A stretch of DNA of 59,010 nt from a virus. Its lineage: Duplodnaviria > Caudoviricetes. This document shows, piece after piece, positions 1 through 8,572 of this stretch (positions are counted from its first letter, which is position 1; every line of letters starts with the position of its first letter). The notes under the pieces are model-generated. The model was not told the origin of the DNA and ran no database searches. It saw only the letters and a list, made by a program, of their open reading frames with translations. A program made the position numbers and the translations under genes. The DNA is taken from IMG/VR virus record IMGVR_UViG_3300030330_002105, positions 1 through 59,010 of that record; one strand, given 5' to 3'.

Positions 1-36
1 GATGAAGCAGATAGAGAAACAGATGTTCCAAGTTAA
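1..36 (+). CDS. C-terminal fragment (DEADRETDVPS*) of a LamG-domain gene, likely the end of the 57553 ORF
   Basis: Nearly identical to the C-terminus DEADREEDVPS* of 47..1525. Confidence 0.8.
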   Translation, partial: DEADRETDVPS

Positions 37-46
37 ATAACATATT

Positions 47-1525
47 ATGAGTAAGTACTATAGATCTGTATTAAATGTTTTAACACCAGCTTTTAGCTCT
101 ACCAAGTCTATGGCTTTTGATGGAGTTGACGATTATATAGACTGTGGTAATATAAGTGCTTTAAATGGTGTTACAGAAGCTACTTGGATGGGGTGGTTTA
201 ATAGAAGTGGTACTTCAAATTATTACTTATTTGGAACTTGGGGAACTACAGCTGGAGAAAAACAATTTGTTCCTCTACAAAATGGTGGCGTTACGGGTTC
301 AATTGTGGTTTATATGGCTACTTCAACTGGTGTTCAAAAAACAATGTATAAACACACTTATGATGTTACTGCAACCATTGGCAATTGGCATCATTATGCT
401 TTTGTATATAATGAAGCAGAAGCAAGCGATGCAGATAAAATGAAAGTTTATATGGATGGAGTTGAATTAGCAAATACACTTTCAGGTGCAGCTTTAACTT
501 CTTTAAATTCCTCAACTGCTAGTTTTGAAATAGGTAAATTAGGTGGTTATACTACTAACGAATTTAATGGAAACATTGACGAGGTTGCAGTTTTTACAAG
601 TGCTTTAAGTCCAACAAATATAAGTGCAATTTATAACTCAGGAGTACCAGCAGATTTAAGCAGTTATTCCCCAACAGCTTGGTACAGAATGGGAGAGAAT
701 GGTTCTTGGAAATCTCCTCAGTGGTTACTACCTGAAAATAGTAATGTTGATAATTCAAGATTTTCAAATTATAGTTTTGAATTTGATGGAATTAACGACC
801 AAATAAATTTAACTGATATTCCTTTTGTTAGAGCAGGAGGTCAAAACTTTTCAATTAGTGCTTGGGTTTATTGTAATAGTTCTAGTCAAAATGGTTTCTT
901 TTCAACTGCTGTAAACGCTAGTTTTGCTGGACAAATAAATTTATTGAAAAACAGTAACAGACAAGCTGTTTTTACCATCGTAACCTCATCAACAGGAAAT
1001 ATAGAAATTAGAAGTTCTAACGCTTCGATAACTTCAAACACTTGGCACCATATAGTAGCAACTTTTGATGGAACTCAAGCAATAGTAGCAGACAGGGTTA
1101 ATATTTACGTTAATGGAGTTTTAGATAATGATTATCTATCAGCTGGAACTGCAACAAACCTGCCTTCAGGTAGTAGCTTTATTTTTAATAGAATAGGTAG
1201 AACAGCTTTAGGTGTTAGACAAAATGGAAAGATAGATAACCTAGCAATATGGGATAGCACACTAACTGCTGGAAATGTTACTACTCTTTATAATAGTGGA
1301 AGCCCTGTTGATATTTCAACACTTTCTCCAACTGCTGGATGGAAGTTAGGTGAAGAAGCAACATTCTCAACAGATTGGACTATACCTGATTCAATAGGTA
1401 GCTTTGATGGAACATCAGTAAATATGACAATAGAAGATAGAGTGGGCGAAGCTCCTAACAGTAGTAATAATTCACTATCTTACAATATGGATGAAGCAGA
1501 TAGAGAAGAAGACGTACCAAGTTAA
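47..1525 (+). CDS. Two-LamG (concanavalin A-like) domain tail fibre / receptor-binding protein
   Basis: Two repeats of FDGxxDY...WHH...Y(M/V)xG...F/NGxIDE/N-type LamG motifs; Ser/Thr/Asn-rich. Confidence 0.8.
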   Translation: MSKYYRSVLNVLTPAFSSTKSMAFDGVDDYIDCGNISALNGVTEATWMGWFNRSGTSNYYLFGTWGTTAGEKQFVPLQNGGVTGSIVVYMATSTGVQKTMYKHTYDVTATIGNWHHYAFVYNEAEASDADKMKVYMDGVELANTLSGAALTSLNSSTASFEIGKLGGYTTNEFNGNIDEVAVFTSALSPTNISAIYNSGVPADLSSYSPTAWYRMGENGSWKSPQWLLPENSNVDNSRFSNYSFEFDGINDQINLTDIPFVRAGGQNFSISAWVYCNSSSQNGFFSTAVNASFAGQINLLKNSNRQAVFTIVTSSTGNIEIRSSNASITSNTWHHIVATFDGTQAIVADRVNIYVNGVLDNDYLSAGTATNLPSGSSFIFNRIGRTALGVRQNGKIDNLAIWDSTLTAGNVTTLYNSGSPVDISTLSPTAGWKLGEEATFSTDWTIPDSIGSFDGTSVNMTIEDRVGEAPNSSNNSLSYNMDEADREEDVPS

Positions 1526-1537
1526 GTAGAATTTTAT

Positions 1538-1545
1538 TACCTTTG
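1538..1545 (+). promoter_or_regulatory. Bacteroidota primary-sigma -7 element TAnnTTTG
   Basis: TACCTTTG in intergenic gap; same motif recurs upstream of many + strand genes. Confidence 0.7.
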
Positions 1546-1561
1546 TAAAAACAATTAAATT

Positions 1562-1963
1562 ATGCCAACAATACCAAGCAACGAACAATTTGTAGGAATA
1601 ACCTCAACGGTTAATTTAGCAGAAAAAAAATCTACTGTTTTAAATGATAAAAGAACAGTGTATACCTACGCAGATTTCAAGACAGGAATCCAAGGTGCCA
1701 CACAAACTACAGGTACAGTAATAGCCTTTAATGAGCCATTAATATATAACACATCATCTGCACCAGGTACAGGAAATATAACAAATTCTTTAACAGATGC
1801 TAAATTAGGAATAGTACAAAAGATTTACCATAACGATGGTTCATCTCCTACTGTTCCAGCAGGATGGGTATTGATAGGAAGTGGAACATACACCACCAGT
1901 GCATTAAATATTATTTACGCTGAATGGTGTGGAGGTACACGAGTAGAATATTGGATAGTTTAA
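1562..1963 (+). CDS. Hypothetical virion/tail-associated protein
   Basis: Thr/Gly-rich beta-type composition, next to fibre genes. Confidence 0.5.
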   Translation: MPTIPSNEQFVGITSTVNLAEKKSTVLNDKRTVYTYADFKTGIQGATQTTGTVIAFNEPLIYNTSSAPGTGNITNSLTDAKLGIVQKIYHNDGSSPTVPAGWVLIGSGTYTTSALNIIYAEWCGGTRVEYWIV

Positions 1964-1974
1964 AAATAATAAAA

Positions 1975-2244
1975 ATGGAAGCAAGATTTAATCACTTAGT
2001 ATATGCTATTTGTAATATAGCAACAGATTTACAAAACATTGACTTTAGCCAGGTAGGTGAAAGTTCATCATCAACAATTAGAAGAAGTTTAGATGATACG
2101 CTTTTTGTAATTAAGTATAATGCAGAGCCTACATTTATTAAGGATGGTACCGTTACTCCTTCGCAGGTGTTAACACACGCAGAAGCCCTTGAGCTAATGA
2201 GTACGCCAGCCTGGTCAGAACCAATACCTGAAGAGGTTGAATGA
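1975..2244 (+). CDS. Hypothetical protein (89 aa; start moved to ATG 1975)
   Basis: A-rich leader before ATG 1975 avoids overlap with the upstream gene. Confidence 0.6.
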   Translation: MEARFNHLVYAICNIATDLQNIDFSQVGESSSSTIRRSLDDTLFVIKYNAEPTFIKDGTVTPSQVLTHAEALELMSTPAWSEPIPEEVE

Positions 2245-2370
2245 ACGGTAAAAAAGAAAAAAAAACAAAGAAAAAAAAGAAGACCTAGACGAAGAAGGAT
2301 GCGTAATAAACGCAGAAAAAGAAGAAGTCTGTAATTTTTATGTTTTATAAACGACTTATATTTTTAAATA

Positions 2371-2556
2371 ATGGAAGAAAAAATAGACAGACTAATACAG
2401 GGTCAAATTAAGATTCAAACAAAACTAGAATCTATGGAAGAAAAAACCCATGATCAAGAAAAAAGAATTAGATCACTTGAGACTAAATTCTGGACAGCTC
2501 TTGGAACATTCTTCGTTGGTATTGGCACCTTTATTGAAGGCTTGTTTATGAAGTAG
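2371..2556 (+). CDS. Coiled-coil plus C-terminal TM protein (XhlA-like lysis accessory candidate)
   Basis: Heptad N-terminal half, hydrophobic C-terminus, upstream of endolysin. Confidence 0.5.
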   Translation: MEEKIDRLIQGQIKIQTKLESMEEKTHDQEKRIRSLETKFWTALGTFFVGIGTFIEGLFMK

Positions 2557-2558
2557 CT

Positions 2559-3419
2559 ATGAAAAAACTACTACCCTTAATTATATTCTTACTATTACCA
2601 CTTTTAAATTTTTCTCAAGCCATACTCTTAATGCCTAATGATGGTTTATGGTATACATACACTACAGATAATGCAGTATTATATGATGATGGGTATACAT
2701 TAAATTATGATAACAATGGTTTAGGAGCTTTAACAATATATCCTGTAATAGGTAATTTAGTGGCTACACCAGCTTTTTTTGATGTAGAATACAACTCAGT
2801 CTGTGGCTGGGATGTTTTTGAGGTATATGATGGCGATGACTTTACTACACTAATTGGAAGTTATTGCGGAACAAGTATACCTGCATATTTTGAATCTACT
2901 CACCCTACAGGAGCTCTAACTTTTTTATGGTCCACCGATGGAAGTGTAACCTACCCAGGGTTTGAGATTAGAATAAGTAACACGGGTTTTGCATTACCTA
3001 TAGAGTTGATATCTTTTAACGCAGGATATAACGGAAATGACGTAGTAATAGATTGGAGTGTAGCCTCACAGGTTAATAATGATTACTATAAGATTCAACG
3101 TAGTGTAGATGTAGAGGATTGGCATACTATAGCTACCGTAGAAGGTGGAGGGAGTGTAAATACCCAAGTTGATTATAGGGCTACGGATCAGAATCCTTTA
3201 CTAGGTGTTTCTTACTACCGATTAACCCAAACTGATTATGATGGTACTACCGAAGTTTTTTTTCCTGTATCAGTAGTTATTGAGCCTAAAACTAAGGAAG
3301 TAATAAAAATATTTAATATCTTTGGCCAAGAAGTAACACTAGATTATCAGGGTTTAATTATAAAACTATACCGTGATGGTTCGGTGCAAAAAATAAATAA
3401 TTATGGGAGATCTAACTAA
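2559..3419 (+). CDS. Secreted CUB-domain protein with T9SS-cargo-like C-terminal region
   Basis: Signal peptide; FDVE..CGWD.FEVYDG...GSYCG...STDGSVTYPGF CUB motif; LPIELISF...YYRLTQTDYDG module typical of Bacteroidota secreted proteins. Confidence 0.75.
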   Translation: MKKLLPLIIFLLLPLLNFSQAILLMPNDGLWYTYTTDNAVLYDDGYTLNYDNNGLGALTIYPVIGNLVATPAFFDVEYNSVCGWDVFEVYDGDDFTTLIGSYCGTSIPAYFESTHPTGALTFLWSTDGSVTYPGFEIRISNTGFALPIELISFNAGYNGNDVVIDWSVASQVNNDYYKIQRSVDVEDWHTIATVEGGGSVNTQVDYRATDQNPLLGVSYYRLTQTDYDGTTEVFFPVSVVIEPKTKEVIKIFNIFGQEVTLDYQGLIIKLYRDGSVQKINNYGRSN

Positions 3420-3786
3420 AAACTTTAGTAAGTCTGAGTTTAATTGCAACTGTGGATGTGAGATGCCAGAGGATATACTAGATAATGTAGAGGTTCATGC
3501 ACACAACCTACAAACCATTAGAGATTTCTTAAATACACCCATAAAAATAAACTCAGGTTACAGATGCCCTAGTTACAATGCTAAGGTAGGTGGAGCGTCA
3601 AAATCTGAGCATAAAAATGGAAATGCAAGTGACCTAGCGGTAAGTAGTCATAGCCCTAGTGACCTAGCTGATGTGATAGAGGGATTAATTAGAATAGGTG
3701 CTATAGAAGAGGGTGGATTAGGAAGATATAACACATTTACCCATTATGACCGTAGAGGCACTAAGGCTCGGTGGGATAACACTTAA
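3403..3786 (+). CDS. Endolysin, peptidase M15A family
   Basis: SGYRC..N..VGGA..SEH..G.ASD...HYD zinc-peptidase motifs. Confidence 0.85.
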   Translation: MGDLTKNFSKSEFNCNCGCEMPEDILDNVEVHAHNLQTIRDFLNTPIKINSGYRCPSYNAKVGGASKSEHKNGNASDLAVSSHSPSDLADVIEGLIRIGAIEEGGLGRYNTFTHYDRRGTKARWDNT

Positions 3787-3796
3787 ACAACTAAAA

Positions 3797-3976
3797 ATGA
3801 AAGATAGATTATTTTCAAACTACGTTACTACAATACTAGGTTTATTAATTCTTGTATTCTGTGGTGTAATGATTTTTATGGAAAAAGCCACTATTGAGGA
3901 TATGTCAGGATGGATGACTACAGGGTTATTATTCTTACGTTCAAAAGATTCTTTAATTGCGTTACCTAAGTCTTAA
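3797..3976 (+). CDS. Holin candidate (59 aa, two hydrophobic segments)
   Basis: ATG 3797; located between endolysin and spanin. Confidence 0.6.
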   Translation: MKDRLFSNYVTTILGLLILVFCGVMIFMEKATIEDMSGWMTTGLLFLRSKDSLIALPKS

Positions 3977-4394
3977 AATATTTATTATATTTGCAGCCGT
4001 TTTAGTAGGATGTACTCCACAAAAAAGGCTCAATAGGCTAATTAAAAAACACCCACAGCTATTGCAAATGGATACCATTATAGTTATAGATACCGTAGTC
4101 GTTCCTGAGTACACCCATGATACTACAACATTGATAGAATATCATGACAGTGTAACAGTAATTAACAATGAACGAATTAAAATCAAATACTTCTACGACA
4201 CGCTTCGAGAAACAATCCATCATGAGTACACATGCTATGGCGACACGGTTTTTACGGAGAAAATTATACCGTATGAGAAGGTCGTTATACAGGAGCTTAC
4301 GTGGTGGCAAAAGTACGGTAGTGCGGTAATGATAGGAGGTTTTTTATTATTGTTTTTATTAACATTAAAGAAGTTTGGTAAATTGTTACTATAA
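3957..4394 (+). CDS. Unimolecular spanin candidate
   Basis: N-terminal lipobox (LVGC) plus C-terminal TM helix and basic tail, within the lysis cassette. Confidence 0.7.
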   Translation: MRYLSLKIFIIFAAVLVGCTPQKRLNRLIKKHPQLLQMDTIIVIDTVVVPEYTHDTTTLIEYHDSVTVINNERIKIKYFYDTLRETIHHEYTCYGDTVFTEKIIPYEKVVIQELTWWQKYGSAVMIGGFLLLFLLTLKKFGKLLL

Positions 4395-4399
4395 TTTAT

Positions 4400-4407
4400 T
4401 AACTTTG
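4400..4407 (+). promoter_or_regulatory. TAnnTTTG -7 promoter element
   Basis: TAACTTTG intergenic, upstream of the packaging operon. Confidence 0.7.
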
Positions 4408-4423
4408 TAAAAAACTAATCACA

Positions 4424-4693
4424 ATGGCAAAGATAAGTACATACACAACCGCAACACCAGCATTAACAGATATGGTACCAGGAACTGACACTGGAGAAGC
4501 TAATGCAACAAAAAACTTTACCTTTGAGGCAATAAGAGATTTTATTAGTGCTCAACACGCAGACGTTACAAACGTACCTGCATCAGCTGGTTCTACAGGG
4601 GTAGCTGGTCAATTAGCGGTAGATGCAAATTACTTATATGCATGTGTTGCTACAAATACGTGGAAAAGAGTTGCTATTTCAGGATGGGTTTAA
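4424..4693 (+). CDS. Small fibre-like virion protein
   Basis: G.AGQLAVD.NYLY.CVATNTWKR beta motif common in phage fibres. Confidence 0.55.
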   Translation: MAKISTYTTATPALTDMVPGTDTGEANATKNFTFEAIRDFISAQHADVTNVPASAGSTGVAGQLAVDANYLYACVATNTWKRVAISGWV

Positions 4694-4711
4694 TAATTAA
4701 AATAAAATAAA

Positions 4712-4867
4712 ATGGAAAAAATAAAAAAAGTAGTTACATCACCATTATTCTTAGCAGCAGTAGCTGGGGGAATAGGATTAGCATTATTATTACAGGGTAA
4801 TGTATTGTACGCTGGTATTTCATTTGGTATTGGAATACGAGAATTTTTGTTAGCATTCAAGGGCTAA
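4712..4867 (+). CDS. 51-aa membrane protein (not in ORF track)
   Basis: MEKIKKVVTSPLFLAAVAGGIGLALLLQGNVLYAGISFGIGIREFLLAFKG; A-rich leader. Confidence 0.7.
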   Translation: MEKIKKVVTSPLFLAAVAGGIGLALLLQGNVLYAGISFGIGIREFLLAFKG

Positions 4868-4890
4868 TACTTTAATTAAAATAAAATAAA

Positions 4891-5130
4891 ATGGCAGATA
4901 AAATCACAACAGATGAGCTGGACAGCCTACGCTCACTTCAAAGAAATTTATACGAGTCAAGACTAGATTTAGGGGATGTTCAGGTAGCAATATCTAGACT
5001 TCAAACTAAAAGTAAATCATTAGTATTTGACATTGAAAATCACACCGCAGAGCTTAATAAGTTTAGAGAGGGGTTAGATAAAAAGTATGGGGATAAGAAG
5101 GTTGATCTAATGACAGGAGCTATAACATGA
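4891..5130 (+). CDS. Hypothetical coiled-coil protein
   Basis: ORF with heptad pattern. Confidence 0.6.
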   Translation: MADKITTDELDSLRSLQRNLYESRLDLGDVQVAISRLQTKSKSLVFDIENHTAELNKFREGLDKKYGDKKVDLMTGAIT

Positions 5131-5348
5131 TCATCCGAAAAGTTTCTATAGGGGCAGATTATAAATCTAGCGTAATGCACTATATTGTAGGGCAAGATGT
5201 TCTAAGTGGTTCACATAAAATACACCTAATTCGTTATGATGATGATGGGGTAAAAATATGGATAGAAAGACCACCAGGAGAGATTTTACTTTGGAAACAA
5301 TTTAATCCTAATATGCCAGTTTCTATCGAGTATAATATTGATTTTTAG
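5127..5348 (+). CDS. Hypothetical protein
   Basis: ATGA-coupled ORF in operon. Confidence 0.6.
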   Translation: MIIRKVSIGADYKSSVMHYIVGQDVLSGSHKIHLIRYDDDGVKIWIERPPGEILLWKQFNPNMPVSIEYNIDF

Positions 5349-5349
5349 G

Positions 5350-5517
5350 ATGGATAAGGAAGAAATTATAGAAAAGATAGAGTCATTGAAATCTCAACTT
5401 ACAGGGGATATGATGAAAGATATGGAGGTTAGGGGTATGATTCACAATCTTGAGATGAAGTTAAACGGGACAAAACCAACGGATTCTCATTTTGATTGTA
5501 TAGGTTGTGGGTCATGA
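5350..5517 (+). CDS. 55-aa protein ending in DCIGCGS (not in ORF track)
   Basis: Fills the gap exactly and is ATGA-coupled to the next gene. Confidence 0.7.
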   Translation: MDKEEIIEKIESLKSQLTGDMMKDMEVRGMIHNLEMKLNGTKPTDSHFDCIGCGS

Positions 5518-6098
5518 AGCCTCCATTTCAGTTTCTAGTAAAACCAGTGGGTGGTGTTAGATACAGTCACACTAAAAAAATAGGCGATAAAGATTTTATT
5601 GTAAGCTCATCACAAGAGGACCACAGGTCTACTAATAGATTTGCCGAAGTATTAGAGGTTCCTTATACATACAAAGGAGAAATAAAGAAAGGCGATACAT
5701 TATTAGTACACCACAATGTTTTTAGAAAATACTACGACATTAAGGGTAGAGAGAAAAGTGGACCATCTTTTTTTATGGATAATTTGTTTTTAATTGATTT
5801 TGATCAGTTCTTTTTATACAAAACAAGCGATGGGTGGAAGGCACCAAATCCATACTGCTTTGTAGCACCTGTTAAAAATAAAGACACCTATAATTTTAAT
5901 AATAGTGTTGAGCATGAGCTTGTAGGTGAGATAAGATATCCCAATAAAGAGATGATAGATATGGGGCTAAAAACAGGAGATATTGTTTCTTTTCAACCAG
6001 AGAGTGAGTACGAGTTTAATGTTGAAGGTGAAAAAATATATAGAATGTTTACCAAAAATATTTGTATATTGTTAGACAATGAATATAAAAAAGATTAA
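5514..6098 (+). CDS. Tandem GroES-like domain protein
   Basis: Two copies of a hVxP...(A/G)Eh...hKxGDxh pattern; second ends EYEFNVEGEKIYRM; start moved to ATG 5514. Confidence 0.6.
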   Translation: MKPPFQFLVKPVGGVRYSHTKKIGDKDFIVSSSQEDHRSTNRFAEVLEVPYTYKGEIKKGDTLLVHHNVFRKYYDIKGREKSGPSFFMDNLFLIDFDQFFLYKTSDGWKAPNPYCFVAPVKNKDTYNFNNSVEHELVGEIRYPNKEMIDMGLKTGDIVSFQPESEYEFNVEGEKIYRMFTKNICILLDNEYKKD

Positions 6099-6357
6099 GG
6101 AAGATATAATAAAGGCTGGTGAGTTAGCGGTAAAACAATTAGTAAAGGTAGCTAAGGAAGATATCATTAAGCCTGATCCTGATGATGAACTAGCGGCTGA
6201 TAGATTAAAGAATGCAGCTGCCACAAAAAAGCTAGCTATTTTTGATGCGTTTGAAATATTGAAAAGAATAGAGGAAGAAAAGGCTATGTTGGAAGAAACC
6301 AATACTAACCAAAAAAATAACTCACATGGTGGATTTGCAGAAAGAAGATCACGATGA
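6079..6357 (+). CDS. Terminase small subunit candidate
   Basis: Small helical protein overlapping the terminase large subunit start. Confidence 0.5.
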   Translation: MNIKKIKEDIIKAGELAVKQLVKVAKEDIIKPDPDDELAADRLKNAAATKKLAIFDAFEILKRIEEEKAMLEETNTNQKNNSHGGFAERRSR

Positions 6358-8572
6358 TCTAGACCTATACAAGGTAGTAAATATAGATGTAAGCAAGTCT
6401 ACAATCACAACAAAAAACAAGGCTAAAACCTGGCACTATGGTTACAATGAAAAGTATGACATTGTTGTTATATCAAAGAATGGAACATTAGGAGAGGTTT
6501 ATGAAATAAATGGAATAAAAATCGGCCTACCTAAAACGCCATCTAATATAAAAAAGGGTGCTAATAAATGGGTTGTTAATGAGTACCCAAAAGAACTTAG
6601 TAAGATACGAACAATTTTTGATTGGAACAAGAGAGATAAGTTATTTAAAAATAAGTGGGTAGATTATATTGAGAATGAATTTGACCGAAGGGAGGATGGA
6701 TACTGGTTTACAAACAATGGTAAGCCAACCTATATAACAGGATCTCATTATATGTATCTTCAATGGACAAAGATAGATGTAGGTAAGCCAGACTTTAGAG
6801 AAGCTAACCGTATATTTTATATATTTTGGGAGGCGTGCAAAGCAGACGAAAGAAGTTTTGGAATGTGTTACTTAAAAAACAGACGTTCTGGATTTTCTTT
6901 TATGGGTGCAGAAGAATGTGCTAATTTAGGAACTATATCTAAAGATTCTCGTATAGGTATTTTATCTAAAAAGGGAGCCGATGCTAAAACATTATTTACC
7001 GACAAGGTAGTTCCGATAACCCTTAATTACCCATTCTTTTTCAAACCTATTCAGGATGGTATGGATAGACCTAAAACAGAGCTAGCGTTTCGTGTTCCAG
7101 CTAGTAAGATTACTAAGAAGAACATGTACACCACAGACGATGAACAGTTAGATGGATTAGACACTACTATCGACTGGAAGAATACGGACGACAACTCTTA
7201 TGATGGAGAAAAATTATTACTTCTATTGCACGATGAAAGTGGTAAATGGTTGAAACCAACGAATATATTAAATAACTGGAGGGTTACCAAAACGTGTCTA
7301 CGACTAGGTAGTAGGATTATAGGTAAGTGTATGATGGGATCAACATCTAATGCACTAGATAAGGGTGGTGATAATTTTAAGAAGCTTTATGAAAACTCTA
7401 ATCCTTTTGAACGAAATGCTAATGGTCAAACTAAATCAGGATTATATTCATTGTTTATTCCTATGGAATGGAACTTTGAGGGGTATATAGATGAATATGG
7501 TATGCCTGTATTTCACACCCCAGAAAAACCAGTAAAGGGCGTAGATGGGGCCTGGATAAAAACAGGGGTTATACAGTACTGGCAAAATGAGGTAGACTCT
7601 AAAAAATCGGATGCCGATGCACTAAATGAATTTTATCGTCAGTTTCCTAGAACAGAGTCACACGCTTTTAGAGATGAAAGTAAAGCATCTATTTTTAACT
7701 TAACTAAAATTTATCAACAAATAGATTACAATGATTCATTGATTCAAGGACATTATCTAACCAGAGGTAAATTTTATTGGAAGGATGGAATAAAAGACAG
7801 TGAGGTAATATGGACACCTGATAATGCTGGTAGATTTTTAGTTTCATGGATACCTGAAAAACGATTAAGAAATAACGTAATAAAAAGAAACGGCAAGTTT
7901 TATCCAGGCAATGAACACCTAGGTTCTTTTGGTTGTGACCCATACGATATATCAGGAACTGTAGGTGGTAAGGGATCTAACGGATCATTACATGGGTTAA
8001 CTAAGTTTCACATGGATAACGCACCCTCTAATGAGTTTTTTTTAGAATATGTAGCCAGGCCTCAAACAGCAGAAATATTTTTTGAAGAAATTCTAATGGC
8101 CTGTGTATTCTATGGAATGCCTGCACTTATAGAAAATAATAAGGCACGTATACTATATCATTTTAAAAACAGAGGATATCGTGCATTTTCATTAAACAGA
8201 CCTGATAGAGAAAAAAATAAATTATCTAAAACAGAGAAAGAGTTAGGAGGTATACCTAATACCTCAGAGGACGTAAAACAAGCACACGCATCAGCTATAG
8301 AGTCGTACATTGAAAAGTATGTAGGCCTTGATTTAGAGGACCGTTACAGGGATCCTGATGAAATGGGGGCTATGTTTTTTACTAGAACTCTTATGGATTG
8401 GGCTAGGTTTGATATTAACAATAGAACCAAATATGATGCATCTATTAGTTCTGGACTTGCAATTATGGCAAATCAGAAGCATATTTATACACCAACCAAG
8501 AAAGAGTCAAAAATATCTGTTATCTTTGCAAGATATAGTAATAAAGGAAATATAAGCCAAATTATCAAATAA
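6326..8572 (+). CDS. terL: Terminase large subunit
   Basis: KNRRSGFS Walker-A-like motif, LLLHDE Walker B, GST coupling motif, GCDP nuclease motif; precedes portal. Confidence 0.9.
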   Translation: MVDLQKEDHDDLDLYKVVNIDVSKSTITTKNKAKTWHYGYNEKYDIVVISKNGTLGEVYEINGIKIGLPKTPSNIKKGANKWVVNEYPKELSKIRTIFDWNKRDKLFKNKWVDYIENEFDRREDGYWFTNNGKPTYITGSHYMYLQWTKIDVGKPDFREANRIFYIFWEACKADERSFGMCYLKNRRSGFSFMGAEECANLGTISKDSRIGILSKKGADAKTLFTDKVVPITLNYPFFFKPIQDGMDRPKTELAFRVPASKITKKNMYTTDDEQLDGLDTTIDWKNTDDNSYDGEKLLLLLHDESGKWLKPTNILNNWRVTKTCLRLGSRIIGKCMMGSTSNALDKGGDNFKKLYENSNPFERNANGQTKSGLYSLFIPMEWNFEGYIDEYGMPVFHTPEKPVKGVDGAWIKTGVIQYWQNEVDSKKSDADALNEFYRQFPRTESHAFRDESKASIFNLTKIYQQIDYNDSLIQGHYLTRGKFYWKDGIKDSEVIWTPDNAGRFLVSWIPEKRLRNNVIKRNGKFYPGNEHLGSFGCDPYDISGTVGGKGSNGSLHGLTKFHMDNAPSNEFFLEYVARPQTAEIFFEEILMACVFYGMPALIENNKARILYHFKNRGYRAFSLNRPDREKNKLSKTEKELGGIPNTSEDVKQAHASAIESYIEKYVGLDLEDRYRDPDEMGAMFFTRTLMDWARFDINNRTKYDASISSGLAIMANQKHIYTPTKKESKISVIFARYSNKGNISQIIK

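Noticed and set aside
47-1525. Diversity-generating retroelement acting on LamG paralogs
   Set aside because: No reverse transcriptase recognised; shared segments differ at all base types and both copies are coding
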